This document shows positions 1 to 8,982 of a DNA stretch of 64,000 bases, piece by piece. The position numbers were made by a program, and so were the translations under genes. Below the pieces are notes generated by a model. The model did no database searches, was not told the origin of the DNA, and worked only from the letters and a program-made list of their open reading frames with translations. The first letter of the stretch is position 1. Each line of letters opens with the position of its first letter. The DNA comes from Chitinophaga pinensis (lineage in GTDB: Bacteria > Bacteroidota > Bacteroidia > UKL13-3): NCBI GenBank assembly GCA_945873755.1, contig CAMCEM010000001.1, positions 19,469-83,468 of the forward strand, read 5' to 3'.

Positions 1-112
1 ACAATGGATTGGCAAAAATCCACTCAATAATTGGAATAAACTAAAGTTACTTGGAAACTTAAAGGTTATAAAATCATATGGTAATGGATGGGACTTATAT
101 CAAGTTCAATAA
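1..112 (+). CDS. 3' end of an unidentified upstream gene (partial, runs off the window)
   Basis: Open frame from base 2 to TAA at 110-112 (...GNGWDLYQVQ*). The stop abuts the next ATG (TAAATG). Too short to assign a family. Confidence 0.3.
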   Translation, partial: QWIGKNPLNNWNKLKLLGNLKVIKSYGNGWDLYQVQ

Positions 113-871
113 ATGATAAAAACAAAAAATAATGGTATAATGCTGCACAAATTATTAAGTATTATCAAGCTTAAAAAGCAAATAAATTCAGATAATTTTA
201 TTAAACGAATTCGATCATTGGTGATAGGTGAGGGAATGCTTCAAGATGGAAATATACCATTAATAGAATTTGCAATTAAAAATATGCCCAATTATGGAAG
301 CGTTATTGAAATTGGTTCATATGGTGGATTATCAACTAATTTGATAATTTATTTGATGCAAAAACATAAAAAAAATAACCCCGTGTTTAATTGTGATGCA
401 TGGATTTATGAAGGCTTTGACGACCAAATAAATAAAAACATTTTACATATTGATGGAAGGGAAGATGTTTTAAGAGAAGACTATTCTATTTATATGAAAA
501 ACGCATTTATAAATGCTACTAAGTTTCTTAGCTTAAATAATTTACCTCATTCTTTTCATTTAAAATCAGATGTGTTTTTTAGTAAATGGAACAAGCAAGA
601 AACAGAAACAGATTTATTTGGCTCTGAAATAAAACTAGGTGGAGAAATTAACTTTGCATACATTGATGGAGGTCATTCGTATGATGTAGTTTTAAATGAC
701 TTTGAAAATGTAGCCAATCATTTAGTTATTGATGGGTATATGTTAATTGATGATTCTGCCCCACATTTAAATTTTGGTAGCGCAAAAATTATAGGCAAAA
801 TCAAAAAGGATAATCGATTTGTTTTAGTTGCAAAAAAACCAAATCATATGTTTATAAAGAAAAAGCATTAA
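113..871 (+). CDS. class I SAM-dependent methyltransferase (Methyltransf_24 / TylF-like fold)
   Basis: 252-aa ORF. IEIGSYGGLST matches a glycine-rich SAM loop, and AYIDGGHSYDVVLNDFENV...MLIDD is typical of this family. Confidence 0.6.
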   Translation: MIKTKNNGIMLHKLLSIIKLKKQINSDNFIKRIRSLVIGEGMLQDGNIPLIEFAIKNMPNYGSVIEIGSYGGLSTNLIIYLMQKHKKNNPVFNCDAWIYEGFDDQINKNILHIDGREDVLREDYSIYMKNAFINATKFLSLNNLPHSFHLKSDVFFSKWNKQETETDLFGSEIKLGGEINFAYIDGGHSYDVVLNDFENVANHLVIDGYMLIDDSAPHLNFGSAKIIGKIKKDNRFVLVAKKPNHMFIKKKH

Positions 872-889
872 ACTTAACATTCGTTTTTA

Positions 890-1936
890 TTGACAACCAA
901 TTTGACACATATAGTTTTTATTATACCTGGTTTTGCTAAAAATGAAGCCGATACAACTTGCATGCCTTACTTACAAGTTTACTTTAAAGCGCTTCAAAAT
1001 CATGGATTCAAAATCAGTATTATTGCCTTACATTATCCGTCTAAAAATGCTGTTTATAAATGGAACAATTGCAATGTTTATTCTTTTGATAAATATGCCA
1101 AATGGCAAAAACCTTTGCTTTGGTTAAAAGCAATTAGAACCATTATTTCAATAAATAAAAAGGAACCAATTAGTGTTTTGCACAGTTTTTGGTTGGGCGA
1201 GTGTGCTTTGGTTGGTCATTGGGCATCAAAAATTATACCCGTAAAACACTTAAATACTTTAATGGGACAAGATGTATTGGAAGGAAATAAATTTTGTAAA
1301 ATACTTCCAATAAAAAGTATGAATTTAGTAACGCTTTCTCATTTTCATCAACAAGTATTTTTAAAAAACTATCATATAAAAACACCAATTATCTTTTTTG
1401 GAACCAATAAAAAAGATGTGATAAAAAATAAGACCAAAATGATAGATTTTATTGGGGTTGGCTCTCTAATTCCTATAAAAAACTACAGCTTGTTTGTGGA
1501 AGTAATTTATGAGTTAAATAAAACCAATTCAGTTTCAGCCGTAATTATTGGAGAAGGTGAAGAATTTAAAATGTTATCTCAAAAAATAAAAGATTTGAAT
1601 CCCGACCAATCGGGAGAAAATGAAATTAAACTATTGGGTTTGCTCAACAATGAACAAGTTTTGAGTTATTTAGCTCAATCAAAAATATTGTTACACACCA
1701 GTAATCACGAAGGATTTGGGATGGTTTTTGCGGAAGCATTGCAACAAGAAGTAATGGTTGTTTCTACTCCAGTTGGTAGTATATTTGAATCTCCAAATGT
1801 AATGTTAGCTAATAATAAAAACAACTTGGTAAAGGCATGCCAAACCATGTTAACTAAAACGTATGACCAACAATTTCCTAATCCATTTGACATAGAAAAA
1901 ACGATTGAAGATTATAAGAATTATTATAAAATATAA
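890..1936 (+). CDS. glycosyltransferase family 4 (GT-B fold)
   Basis: 348-aa ORF with a TTG start. The C-terminal HTSNHEGFGMVFAEALQQEVMVVSTPVGS is an E-x7-E retaining-GT motif. Confidence 0.75.
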   Translation: MTTNLTHIVFIIPGFAKNEADTTCMPYLQVYFKALQNHGFKISIIALHYPSKNAVYKWNNCNVYSFDKYAKWQKPLLWLKAIRTIISINKKEPISVLHSFWLGECALVGHWASKIIPVKHLNTLMGQDVLEGNKFCKILPIKSMNLVTLSHFHQQVFLKNYHIKTPIIFFGTNKKDVIKNKTKMIDFIGVGSLIPIKNYSLFVEVIYELNKTNSVSAVIIGEGEEFKMLSQKIKDLNPDQSGENEIKLLGLLNNEQVLSYLAQSKILLHTSNHEGFGMVFAEALQQEVMVVSTPVGSIFESPNVMLANNKNNLVKACQTMLTKTYDQQFPNPFDIEKTIEDYKNYYKI

Positions 1937-2039
1937 TGCCATTCTAAAATAACACAAGCATTTTGCCTAAATTTAATAGCCAATAAAAGGCTAAAAACAT
2001 TGTAAAAGAGAAAATTTTATATAATTATTTGTTTCATAA

Positions 2040-2183
2040 GAATCTGGGCAACCTATTTTTCCTGATAATTTATTTGATGTGGTTTTTGCAGAATCTGTTT
2101 TTGGGGTATTAGAACATGACACATTAATTAACTTAATGCTAGAAACTAAAAGTGTTTTGAAACCAAATGGTATTTTTAAGTAA
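2040..2183 (+). pseudogene. remnant of a class I SAM methyltransferase (C-terminal half of a Methyltransf_11-like domain)
   Basis: The frame reads ESGQPIFPDNLFDVVFAESVFGVLEHDTLINLMLETKSVLKPNGIFK**. It is bounded by TAA at 2037-2039 and TAA TGA at 2181-2186. There is no start codon, no upstream SAM-binding motif, and several stops upstream in the same frame. ORF 2193-2396 continues in the same frame and may be the old C-terminal tail. Confidence 0.5.
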
Positions 2184-2435
2184 TGATACAATTTGAAAAC
2201 TATTTACTTCTTTAAATACAATCAAATTAATAAACTAGAACAAAAATCTAATGATTTTACTTCAAAAAAACTTTATAACCTAACTAACCTAGTTCAACTT
2301 CTTAAAGAATTTATTTATAGAATAAAGCAGAAACTTTTTCATAAAAAAGATGGCGTTTATTTGGAAAATTACATTTTTATTGAACAATCATTATAAACCA
2401 AACAAGAATAAATTGAGTATAATTGTAACGGCATT

Positions 2436-3599
2436 ATGAGTTTTAACTATAAAAATTATTTTTATTTATTTTTTGTGTTTGTTTGTTTAACAATGGTTGC
2501 TGATGCTTGTAAAAAAAGCAATGAAACATATTTGAATGATGATAAACTAACCATCAATTTGAAATGGAATAAAGCCTACACCACCGAAACAAAACAAATG
2601 GTTGAAACAGGTTTATTGTGGTCGTTCAGTTTTTTGGGTGCTAATTTACCAATGGGAAGTTTCAATGAATCTAAGGTTTGGAATAATGATATTGTTACCA
2701 TCAACTTTAACAAACTTGGATTCAATATTGAAGCAACAACAGCGCTGTCAAAATTAATTGCTGCTTTTAAACTAAGTGAAGAATATAAAAAAATGGGTGC
2801 GATAGACATAGGCAGGTTTATAGCTTTAACACTAAATTCCTCCAATCATTATTATGCTATTACAGGAATTGCAAAAACATTTCATCAATTTAAAACAGGA
2901 AAAGTGTTCGACAGCAAACAATTTTTGGCTACCAATTCATCCATTTCATCACACGACAGATTGATTGATTTACCTGATAGCAATAATTTAGATTACAGAA
3001 AAGATGCTTATGTTTCGAACGAATGTGAAGGGAAAATAAGTGAAGGAAAAAACAAAATCACTTCGTTTGAAGTAACTGAACAAATGAAAAATGGCCAGTT
3101 TAGATATGCTATTTATGATACTTCAGGATATCTTTTAACTGCAGCAAATGGTGCAGCTGGTAAGCCAGCCAAATGTTTGTGGTGTCATGAATCAAATATT
3201 CAAACTTTATTTACAAATCAAGTGGATGAGCCAGGTTATTATGGAGCTGAGCAGTTTAAATACATTGTTTCAAGAAACACAATTACACTTAATAATTACA
3301 GAAATTCTTTGCAAAGCGATATAGATTTTATTAAAAAACAGGACCACACACAAATTGAACTTTTGTATATTAGTTTTATGGAAACTTCGGCCGAACGTTT
3401 ATCAAACGAATGGGGAATAAGTGTTACTGAAATACAAACTTTATTAGCTGGAATTCAAACTCATGATCATGATGAATTTACTTTTTTAAAGAATCTTTAT
3501 TATAGAAACGACATTGAAAAATTTGCTCCATTTTCAAGTTTACGTGCGCCAGATTCTGCACGAGAAACTTCTCTCTACGAACCCAATTTAATTCATTAA
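2436..3599 (+). CDS. hypothetical exported protein/lipoprotein with a single CxxCH motif
   Basis: 387-aa ORF. The N-terminus is hydrophobic and ends in VADAC (lipobox-like). KCLWCHES contains CxxCH. No family recognised. Confidence 0.5.
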   Translation: MSFNYKNYFYLFFVFVCLTMVADACKKSNETYLNDDKLTINLKWNKAYTTETKQMVETGLLWSFSFLGANLPMGSFNESKVWNNDIVTINFNKLGFNIEATTALSKLIAAFKLSEEYKKMGAIDIGRFIALTLNSSNHYYAITGIAKTFHQFKTGKVFDSKQFLATNSSISSHDRLIDLPDSNNLDYRKDAYVSNECEGKISEGKNKITSFEVTEQMKNGQFRYAIYDTSGYLLTAANGAAGKPAKCLWCHESNIQTLFTNQVDEPGYYGAEQFKYIVSRNTITLNNYRNSLQSDIDFIKKQDHTQIELLYISFMETSAERLSNEWGISVTEIQTLLAGIQTHDHDEFTFLKNLYYRNDIEKFAPFSSLRAPDSARETSLYEPNLIH

Positions 3600-3615
3600 A
3601 ATTCAAAATTCATTT

Positions 3616-5112
3616 ATGAATAAAATAATACTATTTAACCCACGAAGCGCCAATAAAAAATATAGAATTCCTAATTCTATATTACAAGTTGCTGCCTCCA
3701 TCAATGATCAGTATAGTTGGGTAATTGTTGATGGAAATAGGGAACTAAATCCACATAATAAGCTAACTGAAAGTATAACCAACGAAACAAAATATATTGG
3801 GTTTACTGTAATGCCTGGTCCACAGTTAAAACAAGCCATTCCTTTTGCTAAATTACTAAAACAAAAACACCCGCAATTAACCATGATTTGGGGCGGATAT
3901 TTTGCTTCTAATCAATATAAGTCTGTGCTAGAGTCAGGATATGTAGACTATGTGATTAACGGACCTGGCGATTATGCTTTTCCTGCTTTAATTAAATCGT
4001 TAGAAAAAAATTCAACTGTTGACGAAATAGAAAATTTGATTTACATAAAGAATGGACATATTCATAAAACTAAAAAAGCAGAATTAGTAAATTACGATGA
4101 TTTAAAACCTTTACCATACGATCAATTGGATACCATGTATTCGATTGAAAAATATTTAGGGAAAACATATTTAGGTAATAAAACATTGGCTTATCATAGT
4201 AGTTTTGGATGCCCATTTACATGTTCATTTTGTGCTGTGGTTCCTATTTATAATGCCAAATGGAAAGGAAAATGTGCCCAAGGTATTTACGATGATATTC
4301 GATTAATGAAGTTAAAATGGGGTGCTGATTCCATCGAATTTCACGACAATAATTTTTTTGTTTCTGAAAAAAGAGTCATTGAGTTTTCAAATTTAATGAT
4401 GAATGAAAACATGATTTGGTGGGGTGAAGGACGAATAGATACCATTCATAAATACAAAGACGAGACGCTTGCTTTAATGCGAGCTGCGGGTTGCAAAATG
4501 ATATTTTTTGGTGCCGAAACCGGCAATGATGAAGTGCTAAAAAAAATGGATAAAGGAGGCACTCAAACAGGGAAGCAAATAATTGAATTTGCTGCGCGAA
4601 TGAAAAAGTTCGATATTATTCCTGAGTACTCTTTTGTATTAGGAACGCCAGCAGATACTGAAGATGAAGTGATGAAACAAATTGATTTTGACATTGACTT
4701 TATTAAAAAAATAAAAACAGTAAATCCCGATACTGAAATTATTATTTACGTGTATAGTCCGGTACCAACAGAAGGTTCTGAAATGTATGAAAAAGTATTG
4801 GCAAGTGGTTTTAGGTTTCCTCAAAAACTAGAAGATTGGTTGGATGACAAATGGGAGAATTTTGATTTACGCAAAAACCCGTTAACACCATGGCTTACTC
4901 CTGCAATGATTGATAAAATCAAAAACTTTGAAACCGTTTTGAATGGATATTATCCAACCGTTTCTGATGTGAGAATGGGTAAAATTAAAAGACGAATTAT
5001 TAAGCAAATTTCAAAAATTAGGTATCAAAATAATTTATTCAAATATCCTTACGAAATAAAAGCATTACATAAAATTTGGAAATACCGACAACCAGAAATA
5101 GAAGGATTTTAA
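3616..5112 (+). CDS. B12-binding-domain radical SAM protein (class B) with a DUF4070-like C-terminal extension
   Basis: 498 aa. N-terminal Rossmann-like B12-type domain (ILFNPRS...IGFTVMPGPQL). CPFTCSFC (CxxxCxxC) lies near nt 4210-4233. Long C-terminal tail. Confidence 0.85.
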   Translation: MNKIILFNPRSANKKYRIPNSILQVAASINDQYSWVIVDGNRELNPHNKLTESITNETKYIGFTVMPGPQLKQAIPFAKLLKQKHPQLTMIWGGYFASNQYKSVLESGYVDYVINGPGDYAFPALIKSLEKNSTVDEIENLIYIKNGHIHKTKKAELVNYDDLKPLPYDQLDTMYSIEKYLGKTYLGNKTLAYHSSFGCPFTCSFCAVVPIYNAKWKGKCAQGIYDDIRLMKLKWGADSIEFHDNNFFVSEKRVIEFSNLMMNENMIWWGEGRIDTIHKYKDETLALMRAAGCKMIFFGAETGNDEVLKKMDKGGTQTGKQIIEFAARMKKFDIIPEYSFVLGTPADTEDEVMKQIDFDIDFIKKIKTVNPDTEIIIYVYSPVPTEGSEMYEKVLASGFRFPQKLEDWLDDKWENFDLRKNPLTPWLTPAMIDKIKNFETVLNGYYPTVSDVRMGKIKRRIIKQISKIRYQNNLFKYPYEIKALHKIWKYRQPEIEGF

Positions 5113-5774
5113 TGAAGAAATTTACGAAAAAATTCATTCAATTTACTGTTGGATATTTAATCTTATTATATTTAAAAAAAGATAGATTTTATACATACAA
5201 AGAGACCAAAATTCTTGTAAAAAAAGGCGTGTTTCATCCTGCTTTTTTCTTTAGTACTAAGTTTCTTATTAGCGCCATCAAAACGTTTAATTTAACAAAT
5301 AAAAAAGTATTGGAATTAGGCGCTGGCAGTGGTATTATTTCATTCTATTGTGATAAAAAAGGTGCAATTGTAACATCCAGTGATATTAGTCCAATTGCAA
5401 TAAATGGGTTGATTGAAAACAATAGAAAATTAAAAGCCAATGTAACCATTATTGAAAGTGATTTGTTCGATAAAATTCCAAATCAAGTGTTTGATTTCAT
5501 TATCATAAATCCACCTTATTATCCTAAAAAACCTAACAATGACGCTGAAAAAGCTTGGTATTGTGGCGAAAACTTTGAGTATTTCGAAAAACTATTTAAA
5601 CAAATGAATCCTTATAATAATGGCAATACTATTGTTTTTCTCTCTCTCTCCGAAGATTGTGATTTTAATAAAATTGCAAGTATTGCAAGCAAGAACAATT
5701 TTTTGTTAAAAAAGTATTTAAATAAAATGATTCTTTGGGAGCGTAATTTTATTTACAAAGTGATGCCAAAATAA
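5112..5774 (+). CDS. SAM-dependent methyltransferase, small-domain (HemK/RsmC-like) with an NPPY motif
   Basis: VLELGAGSGIIS (motif I) and FIIINPPYYP (N-methyltransferase motif IV). I prefer the ATG at 5112, which overlaps the upstream TAA (TAATG), over the track start at 5076. Confidence 0.7.
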   Translation: MKKFTKKFIQFTVGYLILLYLKKDRFYTYKETKILVKKGVFHPAFFFSTKFLISAIKTFNLTNKKVLELGAGSGIISFYCDKKGAIVTSSDISPIAINGLIENNRKLKANVTIIESDLFDKIPNQVFDFIIINPPYYPKKPNNDAEKAWYCGENFEYFEKLFKQMNPYNNGNTIVFLSLSEDCDFNKIASIASKNNFLLKKYLNKMILWERNFIYKVMPK

Positions 5775-5800
5775 CAATTATTACTATTTTCGGCTTTTAA

Positions 5801-6739
5801 ATGAAAATTACCTCTTCTCCCATATTGTTAACGCAACACCATATAAGCATTATCAAAACACTTATTTATTTTGATGTTTTTAGTTATCCTGTTAGTTTCA
5901 AGGAACTAAAAGATTTTATGCAAACGCCAATACAAGATGAAAAGTCGTTGTTAGAAGATTTAATACAATTATGCCAAAAGCAATTAATTATTAATTTTGA
6001 TGGTTATTATACCTTAAAAAACGACAAAAATTTGGTGATTAGAAGATTGGCAGGGAATAAACATGCAGAAAAATATGTACATAAAGCATTTAAAAACGCC
6101 AAATTGATTGGCTCATTTCCATATGTTCGTGGTGTTGGCATTTCAGGCTCTTTATCCAAAGGGTATATGGACGAAAGTGGCGATGTTGATTTTTTTATTA
6201 TTACTGAACCCGAAAGGTTATGGATAGCCAGAACATTATTGATTTTATATAAAAAAATATTTTTGTTAAATAGCAGAAAATATTTCTGTGTAAATTATTT
6301 TATTGATACTAACCATCTTGAAATTCCAGAAAAAAACATATTTACTGCAACCGAAATATTAACTCTCATTCCCGCCTATAACCAAAACGTTTTTAAAAGC
6401 TTTATTGAAAAAAATAGTTGGGCTCAAAAACATTTGCCTAATAAATTGCCAGTTAAAAACAATATTGAAAACGCATCCAATCATTTTATAAAAAGTAAGG
6501 TTGAAAAACTTTTGAACAATAACTCAGGAAGCTATATTGACTCGGTGTTTATGAAACTTACCCTAAAGAAATGGAAAAAGAAATTTAAACACATTGAAGA
6601 AACTGATTTTGAGCTTGCCTTGCGTAGCAGAAAATATGTTTCCAAACACCATCCACAAGGCTTTCAACAAAAAGTACTTTTGGCTATTGATAAAAAAATA
6701 GAAACATTTGAAATAGAACATAATCTTAAATTGAGCTAA
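5801..6739 (+). CDS. Pol-beta-superfamily nucleotidyltransferase domain protein
   Basis: GISGSLSKGYMDESGDVDFFII matches the G-S...D-x-D nucleotidyltransferase signature. 312 aa. Confidence 0.6.
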   Translation: MKITSSPILLTQHHISIIKTLIYFDVFSYPVSFKELKDFMQTPIQDEKSLLEDLIQLCQKQLIINFDGYYTLKNDKNLVIRRLAGNKHAEKYVHKAFKNAKLIGSFPYVRGVGISGSLSKGYMDESGDVDFFIITEPERLWIARTLLILYKKIFLLNSRKYFCVNYFIDTNHLEIPEKNIFTATEILTLIPAYNQNVFKSFIEKNSWAQKHLPNKLPVKNNIENASNHFIKSKVEKLLNNNSGSYIDSVFMKLTLKKWKKKFKHIEETDFELALRSRKYVSKHHPQGFQQKVLLAIDKKIETFEIEHNLKLS

Positions 6740-6746
6740 GAATTAA

Positions 6747-8201
6747 ATGACAGATATATTAATTACCCATTCTTATTTTTTAAGATTTGACCCAAAGCAG
6801 TGGAAAGCACAACAACCTTATCCACCTTTAGCTACGCTATTTGCTGCTGCTGTTTTATTGAATGAAAAATTCAACTTAACTTTTTACGACATGATGTTTG
6901 CCCAAAAGGCAAACGAAATAGAGGCAATAATAGCCGCTAACAAGCCCAAATATTTTGTTATTTACGATGATGGTTTTAACTACTTAACCAAAATGTGCTT
7001 AACCAACATGCGCGATGCTGCTTTTGAAATGGCAGCAATTGCCAAAAAGTTTGGCTGTAAAGTTATAGTTTCAAGTTCCGACTCAACCGACCATAGCGCT
7101 GATTATTTAAATGCTAATTTTGATTTTGTAATTGTTGGAGAAGGCGAGCAAACCTTAAGCGAATTGGTAAAAGCATTGAACAATAATGTAAATGATTTTT
7201 CTGCTATTAACGGATTGCGCTATAAAAATAATAGCACTATAACCGAAACTAATAAAAGAGAAAATTTAAAAGATTTAGATTTATTACCAATGCCAGCATG
7301 GCAATTGTTAAATATTGCCCCCTATAAAAATGCTTGGATGAAAAGCAAAGGGTTTTTTTCTATAAATATTGCCACAACACGAGGCTGCCCATACAAATGT
7401 AATTGGTGTGCCAAGCCTATTTATGGCAATAGGTATAACTCACGCTCACCTCAAAATGTTGTGAATGAGTTATTGTATTTAAAAACACATTTTAAATTCG
7501 ACCATATTTGGTTTTGCGATGATATATTTGGTTTAAAACCCAATTGGGTTTCGGAGTTTGCCAATTTGGTTGAATCGAATAATCTAAAACTAAAATATAA
7601 AATCCAATCGCGGGTTGATTTATTGTTGGAAGAAAGTTTGGCTACCAATAAAAAAGAAACCCAAATAGAAGCTTTGGCAAGGTCGGGTTGCGATGAAGTG
7701 TGGGTAGGAGCGGAGAGTGGCTCGCAAAAAATATTAGATGCCATGGATAAAGGAACTAAAATTGAGCAAATTGCAAAAGCAACTCAATTAATGAAACAAC
7801 ACGAAATAAAACCATGTTTCTTTCTGCAATTTGGCTACATTAACGAAAGGTATGATGATATAAAACTCACCTTGAAAATGTTATTAGAATTAATGCCGCA
7901 CGATATTGGTATTTCCGTTTCGTACCCATTGCCAGGCACCAAGTTTTACAATACAGTAAAAGAACAAATGATTGGTAAAACCAATTGGACAGATTCTGAT
8001 GAGTTAGCCATCATGTTTAATGCCACCTATCCAGCAGTGTTTTATAAAAAACTACAACGCTATGTGCATTATAAATTCAGGCAAAAACAGGCTTTTCTTG
8101 CATTGATAAATAATGGTAAAATAATTAAAGGCTTAAGTTTAACCTATCGAATTCCTCAAACTTTGTTAGCCTCGTGGAGCATTCAAAAACATGTTAAATA
8201 A
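6747..8201 (+). CDS. B12-binding-domain radical SAM protein (class B)
   Basis: 484 aa. N-terminal HSYFLRFDPKQ...PYPPLATLFAAAVL B12-type domain. CPYKCNWC lies near nt 7385-7410. Confidence 0.85.
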   Translation: MTDILITHSYFLRFDPKQWKAQQPYPPLATLFAAAVLLNEKFNLTFYDMMFAQKANEIEAIIAANKPKYFVIYDDGFNYLTKMCLTNMRDAAFEMAAIAKKFGCKVIVSSSDSTDHSADYLNANFDFVIVGEGEQTLSELVKALNNNVNDFSAINGLRYKNNSTITETNKRENLKDLDLLPMPAWQLLNIAPYKNAWMKSKGFFSINIATTRGCPYKCNWCAKPIYGNRYNSRSPQNVVNELLYLKTHFKFDHIWFCDDIFGLKPNWVSEFANLVESNNLKLKYKIQSRVDLLLEESLATNKKETQIEALARSGCDEVWVGAESGSQKILDAMDKGTKIEQIAKATQLMKQHEIKPCFFLQFGYINERYDDIKLTLKMLLELMPHDIGISVSYPLPGTKFYNTVKEQMIGKTNWTDSDELAIMFNATYPAVFYKKLQRYVHYKFRQKQAFLALINNGKIIKGLSLTYRIPQTLLASWSIQKHVK

Positions 8202-8982
8202 CGCTAGTTTTGATGCTTTAGCCAATAGTTACGATAACAATTTTACCCATAGTATAATTGGCACTTTGCAGCGCAATAAAGTTTGGAAATACTTGGAAGA
8301 AAACTTAGATGGCAATAAAGCGATGAATATTCTTGAAATAAATTGTGGCACAGGCGAGGATGCTTTATGGCTTGCAAGCAAAGGCCACCAAGTAATTGCA
8401 ACTGATATAAGCGAACAAATGATAGAGGTTGCAAAACAAAAAGCCAATATTCAAAAAGTAAATATCAATCCATTGGTTTGTAGTTTTGTTAATTTGGCTA
8501 CTGATTTAAATGGACAAAAGTTCGATATGATATTCTCAAATTTTGGTGGTTTAAATTGTTCCAATAATCAGGAGTTAACGCAATTAAACATCGATTTTGC
8601 TAAATTGTTAAAGCCTAAAGGATTGTTAGTAATGATTTTATTAGGTAAAAAGTGCTTTTTAGAAAACTTATATTTCCTATTGCGGTTTAACTTTAAAAAA
8701 CTAAACAGACGAAAACAAGCAACAGAAGCCTATTTAAGCCATAATAATTTTATAACCACATGGTATTATAATTATCAAGAAATGGCAAAAATATTCAACC
8801 TGTTTCAGTTAAAACAAAAAAAACCAATTGGGTTGTTTATTCCGCCTTCATATTTAGAACCATTGATTCAGAAAAATAAACTATTATTACCCATTATAAA
8901 ACGGTTAGAAAATGCTATTGGAAACATTAGTTTTTTGACAAATTATAGCGACCATATTTACATAGAAATGAAATTGAAATAA
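8191..8982 (+). CDS. class I SAM-dependent methyltransferase
   Basis: ILEINCGTGEDALWLASKGHQVIATDISEQM (motifs I/II). The start overlaps the upstream gene by 11 nt. Confidence 0.8.
   Translation: MLNNASFDALANSYDNNFTHSIIGTLQRNKVWKYLEENLDGNKAMNILEINCGTGEDALWLASKGHQVIATDISEQMIEVAKQKANIQKVNINPLVCSFVNLATDLNGQKFDMIFSNFGGLNCSNNQELTQLNIDFAKLLKPKGLLVMILLGKKCFLENLYFLLRFNFKKLNRRKQATEAYLSHNNFITTWYYNYQEMAKIFNLFQLKQKKPIGLFIPPSYLEPLIQKNKLLLPIIKRLENAIGNISFLTNYSDHIYIEMKLK

Noticed and set aside
2193-2396. The 67-aa ORF just upstream of the radical SAM operon, considered as a possible RiPP precursor peptide.
   Set aside because: It has a TTG start and Lys/Asn-rich low-complexity sequence, with no recognisable leader/core organisation or Cys/Ser/Thr-rich core. 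It is in frame with the methyltransferase remnant immediately upstream, so it is more likely the dead C-terminal tail of that gene.
3600-3615. A cobalamin riboswitch (B12 box) or other leader element controlling the B12-dependent radical SAM genes. I also checked 2397-2435.
   Set aside because: The gaps are too short (16 and 39 nt) to hold the roughly 200-nt aptamer. No GCCACTG-type B12 box is visible there or in 1937-2435.
5076-5111. The track start at 5076 for the NPPY methyltransferase (MEIPTTRNRRIL...).
   Set aside because: Those 12 codons lie entirely inside the preceding radical SAM gene. The ATG at 5112 overlaps that gene's stop (TAATG) and gives a normal N-terminus (MKKFTKKF...), so I prefer the shorter model.
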